A stretch of DNA of 64,000 bases from Patescibacteria group bacterium (GCA_041650755.1 JBAZKN010000002.1:69030-133029), one strand, 5' to 3'. Counted from the stretch's first letter, positions 1-8,279 are shown. Notes: generated by a model not told the origin, from the letters alone. A program made the numbers and translations.

Positions 1-285
1 TGGAAAATAGGGGATTTGTATGGTATGGAGCTGGGCGGTTATTATTATTTAGCTAATCAGCCCAGTTTATTGGAGAAAACCATTGCTAGCCAGATAAAAT
101 TAGCTAATATTACACAAAATTGTTTATCCAGTCAGAATTTACAGGTTAAAGACATTATTAAGCTGCAAGCTAAATTTTTGACCGATGGTCAGATCAAACA
201 AACTTTACTAGATAGGGGTATAGAAGAGTTGCTGGTGTTTTCTTATGAGAATAACCAAATAAAGGGCTGGCAAGCTTGTTTTTAG
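1..285 (+). CDS. Partial hypothetical protein (3' end, runs off window start)
   Basis: Frame 1 open from base 1 (WKIGDLYGMELGG...) to TAG at 283-285; no recognisable motif. Confidence 0.6.
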   Translation, partial: WKIGDLYGMELGGYYYLANQPSLLEKTIASQIKLANITQNCLSSQNLQVKDIIKLQAKFLTDGQIKQTLLDRGIEELLVFSYENNQIKGWQACF

Positions 286-376
286 GGTAAAATCAACTTC
301 TACACTAGCGTAGAAGTTTAAAATTTATATAAACTTGCCTGCACTGTTAAACAGGCTGCTTAGCGGCATTTAATGG

Positions 377-519
377 TGTGGATAACTTGTTGATAATTGT
401 GAACTTTTCTTAAAAAAATTGTCAACTATTGTGGAAAAACATAAAAATTTTGGCTAATATTAGCGTTAATATATAGTTGACGCCTTTTTGATTATATGAT
501 ATAATTAAGATGTTGATAA
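377..519. promoter_or_regulatory. Cluster of DnaA-box-like 9-mers
   Basis: TGTGGATAA 377-385 (perfect consensus), TGTTGATAA 388-396, TGTGGAAAA 430-438, TGTTGATAA 511-519, all in one orientation in AT-rich DNA. Confidence 0.55.
477..505 (+). promoter_or_regulatory. Sigma70-type promoter
   Basis: TTGACG 477-482, 17-bp spacer, extended TGa-TATAAT 500-505. Confidence 0.75.
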
Positions 520-900
520 ATAAGATCTTTAAAATAATAAGGAATTGCGCATAAGTATATATTTGTGCCCAGTTCCTTCCGCTATTCTATCCTTCAATTC
601 AGCCAATGCCCTGACCATTGGCACCAAAAAAAACAAAAATAGAAATATAAATAGGTTCACCCTTCTATTGGGACTAAAATCCCGGAGAGGTCGATACCGT
701 AGGACGGTGTAGCGGCTAAATAGACCTTGAGTCAGATAGGTCACATGATGTCTTTACAAAATAATATCCCAGCCAATTTAAACTTACAAAAAGTATCTGA
801 GCAACATATGCTCGGAAATGGGTATTTCTAAAGACACCAAGGGCGCATTACAGCCCACAAAATTTTTTGAAAATGTTTGGGGTGTATGGATGCGCCTTTT
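512..900 (+). ncRNA. Candidate structured RNA or long leader (contains a 28-codon ORF at 745-831)
   Basis: Lies between a consensus promoter and a terminator-like hairpin (839-900); at least five hairpins; no long ORF on +. Confidence 0.4.
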
Positions 901-964
901 GCAATTGATCGAAATCTTGATTTTTTGCGGCTGATTTGCTATCCTATGTGGGTATAAAAACTAT

Positions 965-1327
965 ATGAAAATGGACGCTAAATTTATAGCCGCCCGAAAG
1001 CATGACCTAGAACAGCGCCGGGAAGAGCTTTTAAAAGAGTTAAGTGCCGATGCCGTGCAAGTGTCTGATAATGATTATAATGCCAAATTTGTTGATTATG
1101 GCGATAAAGAGGATGAAAATGCCGCCGAAGTGGCTGATTTTGAGAAAAATTTGTCACTGGAAAAGACCCTAGAGGTATCTTTGTATAATGTCAATAAGGC
1201 CATCAAGAAGATTGAGGAAGGTAACTATGGCTTGTGTGAAAAATGCGGTCAGCCCATAAACCCCAAGCGTTTAGAGGCCTTTCCTTCAGCTACTTCTTGT
1301 ATGGTTTGCAAGCAAAAGTCTCTATGA
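965..1327 (+). CDS. TraR/DksA family C4-type zinc finger protein
   Basis: Coiled coil with DxDENA, YGLCEKCG...RLEAFP...CMVC zinc finger. Confidence 0.9.
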   Translation: MKMDAKFIAARKHDLEQRREELLKELSADAVQVSDNDYNAKFVDYGDKEDENAAEVADFEKNLSLEKTLEVSLYNVNKAIKKIEEGNYGLCEKCGQPINPKRLEAFPSATSCMVCKQKSL

Positions 1328-1749
1328 GGCGTTATTATTATCTTGTTTTGTTTGGGTTATTTTTACTTGATCGCTTTACCAAAATATATTTTATCAAACA
1401 ACCACTTGAGTCCCAAGCTTTAGGTGGTTTTTTGCAATTGCAGTTGAATAAAAACATTGCTTTTTCCTGGCCCTTGCCGGAGCTTGTTTTGTATCCATTA
1501 TTAATTATTATAATTGTAGTGATTTTTTGGTTTTGGCTGGACAGTCTACAAAAGGAGAGTCGTTTGGTATGGTCTTGGGGCTTGCTGATTATTGGCGCGG
1601 TCAGCAATCTACTGGATCGGCTCAATTTTGGATCAGTCATAGATTTTATACATATTCCCTATTTTTCGGTTTTAAATATCAGCGATATTTATATTAGCTT
1701 GGGAGTGGTGTGGTTGTTGTGGTCAGAGCTTGGGCGAAAAAAAACCTAA
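1324..1749 (+). CDS. lspA: Signal peptidase II (lipoprotein signal peptidase)
   Basis: DxxTK, NKNIAFS, GAVSNLLDR, VIDFI, NISD motifs; ATG 1324 overlaps upstream stop (ATGA). Confidence 0.9.
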   Translation: MRRYYYLVLFGLFLLDRFTKIYFIKQPLESQALGGFLQLQLNKNIAFSWPLPELVLYPLLIIIIVVIFWFWLDSLQKESRLVWSWGLLIIGAVSNLLDRLNFGSVIDFIHIPYFSVLNISDIYISLGVVWLLWSELGRKKT

Positions 1750-1937
1750 TATTATTTTTTTATATTCTTGACAAATTCTTTGGCATAATTTAAGATATTG
1801 GCAACAAGAAAAGCGATTGATGAGGCGTCCCATTATATTGGGGACGGGGCATGGGTTAGTTTTTTTTATTATCATTAGTAATAAAAAATAAATTGTCAAT
1901 CGCTTTTCTTGCTTGCAATAAAAAGAGAGGCGGTTTT

Positions 1938-3455
1938 ATGTCAGAAAAAATTTATACTATTGCTACCTTGGGCCTGAAAGGTGTTTTGGTGGAAGTAGAA
2001 GCCAATTTGTCCAGGCATTTGCCAAAGATTATTATTGTTGGTTTGCCTGATGCGGCTGTCCAAGAGGCCAAAGAGCGGGTTTGGGCAGCTATTGATAATA
2101 GCGGCACCAGATTCCCCAGACAAAAGGTAGTGATAAATTTAGCGCCAGCTCAAATTCGCAAAGAAGGTGGCAGCTATGATCTGCCCATGGCGATTGCCGT
2201 ATTACAGGCTAGTGGTGAAATAGATTTAGCAGGCGAGAGAGTTGCTTTTATTGGCGAGCTATCCTTGAGCGGTGAGATAAAATCTGTGCCAGGAGTTTTG
2301 GTCATGGCATCAAGCCTAAAAGAACACGGCTTTTCTAAAGTTTTTGTGCCAGCCGGTAATGTCAGAGAAGCCAGCCTTATTCAGGGCATAGATGTCTATC
2401 CGGTAAAAAATTTGCGGCAGGTGATAGACCACCTGAAGAATTTTTCTTTATTGGAGATTTACCCGCCGGCCGCCTGGGAGGAAAAAAAGATTGTGACTGG
2501 GTTTGATTTGGCTGACATCAGGGGCCAGCTGGTGACCAAGCGCGCTTTAGAGATAGCGGCGGCCGGCGGGCATAATATTTTTTTGGTTGGTCCGCCGGGG
2601 GCTGGTAAAACCATGCTAGCTAAAAGTTTTTTATCTATCTTGCCGCCGCTCAATGCAGCTGAGGCCTTAGAAATCAGCAAGGTCTATAGTCTGGCAGGGC
2701 TTTTGTCAGAAGAAAATTATTTTATTAACCAGCGTATTTTGCGCAGCCCGCATCATTCAGCCTCAGTGTCGGCTATTATCGGTGGTGGCTCTTGGCCAAA
2801 GCCCGGTGAAATATCTTTGGCCCACCGCAATGTCTTGTTTTTGGATGAAATTTTGGAATTTCCTCGGCGGGTGTTGGAAGCTCTGCGCCAGCCTTTGGAG
2901 GATGGGGTGATCACTGTGTCGCGAGTCAAAGGTAGTTTGGATTTTCCAGCCAATTTTATACTTTTGGCTACAGCCAACCCTTGCCCTTGCGGCTATTTGA
3001 CAGATCCGGACAAGGAATGCCATTGCAGCCAGAATGATATCAAACGTTATCAAAAGAGATTATCTGGTCCGGTCTTAGACAGGATAGATTTGCATGTTTT
3101 GGTAGACAAAGTAAAAAGTCAGGATTTGCAAGGCATTGATTTAATCAGTGAAAATTCGGCCATAGTACAACAGCGAGTAATTTTGGCGCGTAGCAGACAA
3201 ATAGAGCGCCCTAGTCAGAGATGTTTAAATTCCGAGATGGCTATAGCAGCCATAAAAAAATATTGTCGTTTGGATGATGTGAGTCAGCAGATTTTAAATC
3301 AGGCTATTGATTCTCTAGGCTTGACAGCCAGAGGATATTTCAAGGTTTTGAAGGTGGCGCGGACAATTGCCGATTTGGCTGACAGCCCGAGCATCAGAAA
3401 AGATCATATTTTAGAGGCCCTGCAGTACAGAAATAAAATTTTGGGGGCACTGTAA
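1938..3455 (+). CDS. comM: YifB/ComM family Mg-chelatase-like AAA+ ATPase
   Basis: IVGLPD..VQEAKERV, GPPGAGKT Walker A, PGEISLAH, NPCPCG, LSGPVLDRID. Confidence 0.93.
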   Translation: MSEKIYTIATLGLKGVLVEVEANLSRHLPKIIIVGLPDAAVQEAKERVWAAIDNSGTRFPRQKVVINLAPAQIRKEGGSYDLPMAIAVLQASGEIDLAGERVAFIGELSLSGEIKSVPGVLVMASSLKEHGFSKVFVPAGNVREASLIQGIDVYPVKNLRQVIDHLKNFSLLEIYPPAAWEEKKIVTGFDLADIRGQLVTKRALEIAAAGGHNIFLVGPPGAGKTMLAKSFLSILPPLNAAEALEISKVYSLAGLLSEENYFINQRILRSPHHSASVSAIIGGGSWPKPGEISLAHRNVLFLDEILEFPRRVLEALRQPLEDGVITVSRVKGSLDFPANFILLATANPCPCGYLTDPDKECHCSQNDIKRYQKRLSGPVLDRIDLHVLVDKVKSQDLQGIDLISENSAIVQQRVILARSRQIERPSQRCLNSEMAIAAIKKYCRLDDVSQQILNQAIDSLGLTARGYFKVLKVARTIADLADSPSIRKDHILEALQYRNKILGAL

Positions 3456-3460
3456 TAATA

Positions 3461-3664
3461 TTGACAAATTTGACGTCATATTATATATATAAGGGTCAAA
3501 GTTCTTTTATATTTTTGGGCTATTCTCTTCAGGCAAGTGTCTTTAAAGGCATTTTTGAGGGTATTTTACCTGAAGAGAATATGCTTGGACAGTAAAGTGT
3601 CTTAGGATGAGTGTCGACCCATCCTAATATTCTCTAGTCAGGCCTTGCAAGTAACGATAATTAT
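3461..3664 (+). promoter_or_regulatory. Promoter and structured 5' leader of small membrane protein gene
   Basis: TTGACA 3461-3466 with TA-rich -10 near 3482-3490; 13-bp inverted repeat 3521-3533/3569-3581; hairpin 3602-3627. Confidence 0.5.
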
Positions 3665-3829
3665 ATGTTTCGTGCCTTGTATGCCTTTTTCCAGATGATC
3701 ATTCTGGTTGTGCTGTTCAAGTTATTCGCTCCAGGAGTCTATTCGCTCCTTGTCGAAATGTTGACTCAAGTTTTGACCATCGCCAATGCGGTGCTCAATC
3801 ACTTGGCCAACCAAACGCCCACTCTCTAG
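3665..3829 (+). CDS. Small hydrophobic protein, 54 aa (MFRALYAFFQMIILVVLFKLFAPGVYSLLVEMLTQVLTIANAVLNHLANQTPTL)
   Basis: Manual translation ATG 3665 to TAG 3829, below ORF-track cutoff; TM helix plus amphipathic helix; own promoter and terminator. Confidence 0.65.
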   Translation: MFRALYAFFQMIILVVLFKLFAPGVYSLLVEMLTQVLTIANAVLNHLANQTPTL

Positions 3830-3872
3830 CCTCAAGCTCCAAAGAGCTTGATGCCAGAGGAAAACCAGAAAG

Positions 3873-3933
3873 GAGGATCGGTTCACGCCGGTCCTTTTCT
3901 TTTGAATAAAAAAAGACCCACCGAAGTGGGTCA
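3873..3933. terminator. Back-to-back intrinsic terminators of convergent genes
   Basis: AGGATCGG..CCGGTCCT followed by T-run (+); GACCCAC-CGAA-GTGGGTC preceded by A-run (-). Confidence 0.7.
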
Positions 3934-4242
3934 GTCCTGCTGAGGGCAGTGCCGATGGGCGTAGTGTGCGTTGAGGTTGCATACCAGAGAGCTGGCTAAC
4001 ATGCAGCCGATCAATTTCTCGCACAGCCCTAGGCCGAGAGAGGTGTTGGCCATGTTAAAGCCATGAAACGCCAGGGCCCCGCCCATGATGATGAAGAACC
4101 ACGGCACAGGGGCAGCCAAGCCCAGAGCCAGGAAAAAGTAGGGGCAGCTAGCCCAGTTCGTCGGGGATTTGAGAAGCGCATCCCAACTCTTGTAGAAGAC
4201 GTAGAGCGAAGCGATGAAGGGAACCCAGATCAGGTTTTCCAT
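3931..4242 (-). CDS. Orphan membrane protein (103 aa)
   Basis: Strong SD AAGGAGGG upstream of ATG 4242; promoter TTGACA(4337-4332)/TATGAT(4315-4310); hydrophobic segments; terminator after stop. Confidence 0.65.
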   Translation of the reverse strand: MENLIWVPFIASLYVFYKSWDALLKSPTNWASCPYFFLALGLAAPVPWFFIIMGGALAFHGFNMANTSLGLGLCEKLIGCMLASSLVCNLNAHYAHRHCPQQD

Positions 4243-4365
4243 GGCCCTCTCCCTCCTTGAAGTCAGGGATGGCATCCAGCAAGCTCAAAGAGCGAGGTAG
4301 TCAATATAAATCATATCGCTTTATTGTTTTTTGTCAATAAATGATTTTATTGCTATGATAAGAAC

Positions 4366-5163
4366 ATGAAAAAATACCTCGTTTTATTATTAGCATTTAT
4401 TTTGTTGGTTGGCTTTGGTGTTTGGCAATATGCCAAGCGCAATAATCCTGATTTGGTTATAAATTTGCCGCCAGCGCAGAATTTTCAGGAGTTTGTAGAG
4501 CAGACTAGTACCCCAATAATTAGTGACGAAGCAGTTGAGTCAACAACTACTAGCGCTGAGCCCGAGGCTACTCTTCCTGCTACAGTGGATTTACCCAATA
4601 AAATTAATTTAAATATTCCTTTTACTTCGCAGGCGCCGACTGCCAATTGGAATCAGCCCTTTCAGGACGCTTGCGAGGAAGCCAGCGTTTTGATGGCAGT
4701 ATATTATTATGAAAATAGAAAGTTTCCTTCTAGCGCAGATGTAGAAAAGATTATTTTAGATTTGGTTCAGTGGCAAATTGATCACTGGGGAGTCCATAAA
4801 AATATGCCAGTGGCAGAAGTGGCTGATTTTGCGCAAAACTACTATGGTTATCAAACAGAAATAGTGAATGATTTGACAATTGATAAGATAAAGCAATATT
4901 TACAGGCTGGCCGGCCGGTGATTGTGCCGGCTAACGGCAAGAAACTGGCTAACCCTAATTTTCGTAATGGCGGGCCGCTTTATCACATGCTAGTTATTAA
5001 GGGGTTTGCTGATGATAAATTCATCACCAATGATCCTGGCACCAGAAAAGGAGCGGATTTTATTTATACTCAGGCAAATTTGATGGGGGCAATCGCTGAT
5101 TGGGGCGAGGATCAGAATGCTGCTATGGGCCCAAGACGCGCCCTGATATTATTACCAAAATAA
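4366..5163 (+). CDS. Membrane-anchored C39-like cysteine peptidase
   Basis: N-terminal TM; PFTSQAP..W....DACEEAS (catalytic Cys), YHMLVIKG (His), TNDPG. Confidence 0.8.
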   Translation: MKKYLVLLLAFILLVGFGVWQYAKRNNPDLVINLPPAQNFQEFVEQTSTPIISDEAVESTTTSAEPEATLPATVDLPNKINLNIPFTSQAPTANWNQPFQDACEEASVLMAVYYYENRKFPSSADVEKIILDLVQWQIDHWGVHKNMPVAEVADFAQNYYGYQTEIVNDLTIDKIKQYLQAGRPVIVPANGKKLANPNFRNGGPLYHMLVIKGFADDKFITNDPGTRKGADFIYTQANLMGAIADWGEDQNAAMGPRRALILLPK

Positions 5164-5195
5164 AAAACAAGCCCTTACTTTAGGGCTTATTTTTA
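5163..5195. terminator. Bidirectional intrinsic terminator
   Basis: AAGCCCT..AGGGCTT flanked by A- and T-runs between convergent genes. Confidence 0.65.
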
Positions 5196-5198
5196 TAT

Positions 5199-5477
5199 CT
5201 ATTTTTTAAGAGAATCTTTGAGAGTTTTGCCGGCCTTAAATTTTGGTACCATAACTTCAGGTATGGTAATGGTTTCTTTGGGGTTTTGCGGGTTGACTCC
5301 TCGGCGAGAAGTCCGACGGCGGGCAGAGAAAGTGCCAAAGCCGGTCAGGGTAATTTCTTTGCCAGCTTTTAAATTTTCAATAATCAGATCCTCTAAAGCC
5401 TGGAGGATATTTTCTGCTTCTTTTTTGCTGACGCCAGCTTTGATGGCTAGGCTTTCAATAAGTTGGGCTTTGTGCAT
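5199..5477 (-). CDS. hup: HU family DNA-binding protein
   Basis: LTGFGTF..R..R.GVNPQ...I.IP...VPKFKAGKTLK. Confidence 0.95.
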   Translation of the reverse strand: MHKAQLIESLAIKAGVSKKEAENILQALEDLIIENLKAGKEITLTGFGTFSARRRTSRRGVNPQNPKETITIPEVMVPKFKAGKTLKDSLKK

Positions 5478-5488
5478 ATATTTATTGG

Positions 5489-6295
5489 TTAGTTTCCACT
5501 GGGGGCGGAAATTATTTCTCTTAGCAGTTTTATATCATTGGCATTTTTTGACTGCCTATCTATTGATAATAATACTGCATTTATTTCAATTTGACCAGCT
5601 TCGGGTAATTCATGGCGGATATGGCTGCCGGTCAAGAATTTTTCGATAATCACTTCTTTCTTTATGCCCAAGACAGAAGAAAAAGATCCAGCCATGCCTA
5701 CATCGGTGATATAAGCTGTGCCGGGCGGTAAAATCTGGGCGTCAGCCGTGGGCACGTGGGTATGGGTGCCAATAACAGCTGCTACTTTGCCGGCCAAAAA
5801 GAAACCCATAGCTCTTTTTTCACTGGTAAGCTCAGCGTGCATATCGACAATAATAATATCTGAAGCTAAGTTTGGCAGTAATTCCTGGATAGCTAGAAAT
5901 GGATTATTGATCGTATCGCTATTCATCAGGCTTTGGCCCAAAAGATTGATTATGGCGATTTTTTGGCCGCCTAAAGAAATTTCTTGATAGCGGTGTACGG
6001 GTAGTGTGCGCACATCATTTAAGGGTGTAGCGATTTTCAAATCGGTAAAATCACTTAAATCTTGTTTGCGCCAAGTATGATTACCACCGGTGAAGACATC
6101 GATGCCAATACCGCTGATGTCAGCTACTGTTTTGCTGGTCAGGCCCTTGCCGTGTGCCAGATTTTCTATGTTGGCGATAATTAGATCTGGCTGATATTTT
6201 TTTTGCCAACGCGGCAAAATCTCTTTGACGCCTTGTCGCCCCAGGGCACCCTCTATGTCGCCGATAAATAAAATTTTTAAATTATTAGCGGGCAT
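5489..6295 (-). CDS. ymdB: YmdB/TIGR00282 metallophosphoesterase
   Basis: FIGDI.G, NIEN, TGGNH, DMHAELTSEK, GTHTHVPTAD, TDVGM; start may be 6301. Confidence 0.92.
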   Translation of the reverse strand: MPANNLKILFIGDIEGALGRQGVKEILPRWQKKYQPDLIIANIENLAHGKGLTSKTVADISGIGIDVFTGGNHTWRKQDLSDFTDLKIATPLNDVRTLPVHRYQEISLGGQKIAIINLLGQSLMNSDTINNPFLAIQELLPNLASDIIIVDMHAELTSEKRAMGFFLAGKVAAVIGTHTHVPTADAQILPPGTAYITDVGMAGSFSSVLGIKKEVIIEKFLTGSHIRHELPEAGQIEINAVLLSIDRQSKNANDIKLLREIISAPSGN

Positions 6296-7799
6296 ATTCA
6301 ATGACTCTTTTTTCTCTAATGACGGTGACTTTTATTTCACCGGGATACTTGAGCTCATTTTCAATTTTATTGGCGATATCGCGAGCCAACGTAGTAGCCT
6401 TATAATCGTCAATTTCTTCTGGAGAGACAAAAACACGGATTTCTCGGCCAGCTTGGATAGCATAGGCCTTATCTACGCCAGGGAAGGTTTTGGCTGTGTC
6501 TTCTAGCTCGGTTAATCTCTGAATATAGTCTTCAAAAGAGTCGCGTCTGGCGCCTGGCCGAGAGCCAGAAATGGCATCGGCGATTTTGACTATGACGCCT
6601 TCCAAGGTCTTGGGCTGGTCTTCATGGTGGGCAAGCGACATATAGGCCACTTCTTCGGGCAAACCGAATTTTTTCAGTAAATCATAGCCAATCTCTGGGT
6701 GCGGACCTTGAATTTCGTGATCCAGAGCCTTGCCAATGTCATGTAGTAGTCCACCTTTTTTACAGATGCTAATATCAGCTTTTAGTTCAGCGGCCAAAAG
6801 TCCAGCCAAGTGCGATACTTCTAGGGCATGCTGTAATTGATTCTGGCCGTAGCTGGTACGGTATTTTAAACGACCCAATATCTGAATCAGTTTAGTGTCT
6901 AAACCCACAACTCCGACTTGGTAAGCAGCCTCTTCACCAGCTTTTTTGATATCGAGAGCTAAGTCTTTTTTGGCAGCTTGGATAGCTTCTTCGATGCGGC
7001 CGGGGTGAATCCGACCATCAGCCATTAGTTTTTCTAGAGAGCGCTTGGCTAGCTGGCGGCGGATGGGGTTAAAAGCCGAAATTAATATGGACTGGGGCGT
7101 GTCATCGATAATAATTTCTACGCCGGTCAACTGTTCGATAGTTTTTATGTTACGGCCCTCGCGGCCAATGATGCGGCCTTTCATTTCTTCGTTGGGGAGA
7201 TCAACAGCAGTAGTAGTGGTTTCAACAGTGTGGGGGGCAGCCACTCTTTCTATGACTGAAGTCAAAAGTTTTTTGGCTTTTGACTCTAATTCTTCGCTGG
7301 CTTCGGCCTCCAGTTTACGGATGCGATGTAAGAGTTCATCTTTCATGCGCATTTCTGTGTTGTTAAGCAGAACCTCCTTGGCTTCTTCTTGAGATAGGGC
7401 AGCGATTTTTTCAAGTTTAGCCAGCTGCTCTTCTTTGATTTGTTTGACTTCTTCTTTATTTTTTTCTAATTGTTTTTGCGACTGCTCTAAGCGCTGTTTG
7501 TTGTCCTCGAATTCTAATATTTTACGATCAAACAAGCTCTCACGCTTGCTCAAGCGAGTTTCCAGGTCTTGCAATTGGTGGCGGCGTTCCCGCTCCTCAG
7601 CTTTAGCTTCTTCGATTAAGGCTAGAGATTTGTCCTTGGCTTCCAAAAGCAAATCTTTTTGTTTTTGTTTAGCATCGGCTAGCATGCTTTCAGCCTTGCG
7701 TTCGGCTGATTGGACATTTTGCTGGGTTAAGAATTTCTTGATCAAGAAACCAAAAAATAGGCCGAATATCAAGGCGGCAAATAACCAGATTAATTCCAT
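6285..7799 (-). CDS. rny: Ribonuclease Y
   Basis: N-terminal TM, coiled coil, KH domain (KGRIIGREGRNI), HD domain (LLHDIGK). Confidence 0.97.
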   Translation of the reverse strand: MELIWLFAALIFGLFFGFLIKKFLTQQNVQSAERKAESMLADAKQKQKDLLLEAKDKSLALIEEAKAEERERRHQLQDLETRLSKRESLFDRKILEFEDNKQRLEQSQKQLEKNKEEVKQIKEEQLAKLEKIAALSQEEAKEVLLNNTEMRMKDELLHRIRKLEAEASEELESKAKKLLTSVIERVAAPHTVETTTTAVDLPNEEMKGRIIGREGRNIKTIEQLTGVEIIIDDTPQSILISAFNPIRRQLAKRSLEKLMADGRIHPGRIEEAIQAAKKDLALDIKKAGEEAAYQVGVVGLDTKLIQILGRLKYRTSYGQNQLQHALEVSHLAGLLAAELKADISICKKGGLLHDIGKALDHEIQGPHPEIGYDLLKKFGLPEEVAYMSLAHHEDQPKTLEGVIVKIADAISGSRPGARRDSFEDYIQRLTELEDTAKTFPGVDKAYAIQAGREIRVFVSPEEIDDYKATTLARDIANKIENELKYPGEIKVTVIREKRVIEYAR

Positions 7800-8279
7800 C
7801 TTATAGATCTTTCCGGTTTACTGTTTTAGTTTTGTATAGACAAATTTAAAAAACCCAAGCCAGTCAAGTGGAGAAATAATTTTTGGATTGATTAATTGAA
7901 TAGATGAAAATTTCATGAATTAATTTTACCAGTATGGGTATTTGCTATTATTTTTATAATCAGTCAAAGAAGACAAGATTTAGCCAAAACAGTAAATTAA
8001 GCTAATAAAAATAATAAAGGTTGAGAATAAAATAATTCTCAAGCGCATTTTACCTAATTTTAGGGTAAAAGTCAACCCCCAATGGTTGGGCTTTATTTTA
8101 TAATAAAAAGACCATCGGCGTGAGCCTAACATCATCCAAAGTCTTTCGGCTATGAGTGGTGTCAGGCACCGATGGTCTTGAGGCTGAGATTTTTATCTTG
8201 AGGGTGTTTTGCATCCTCAAAAACTCACCTTGCAAAAATATTAGCACAAATTAAAAAAATATAAAAGGGGGTGCTTGGA

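Noticed and set aside
512-900. Identification as tmRNA, RNase P RNA, SRP RNA or retron msr-msd
   Set aside because: No tRNA-like ends, no GAGGAAAGUCC, no SRP GGAA/AGCAG loop, and no reverse transcriptase nearby
3722-4024. 100-aa minus-strand ORF
   Set aside because: It crosses two terminators and overlaps the better-supported plus-strand 54-aa ORF and the 3931-4242 gene
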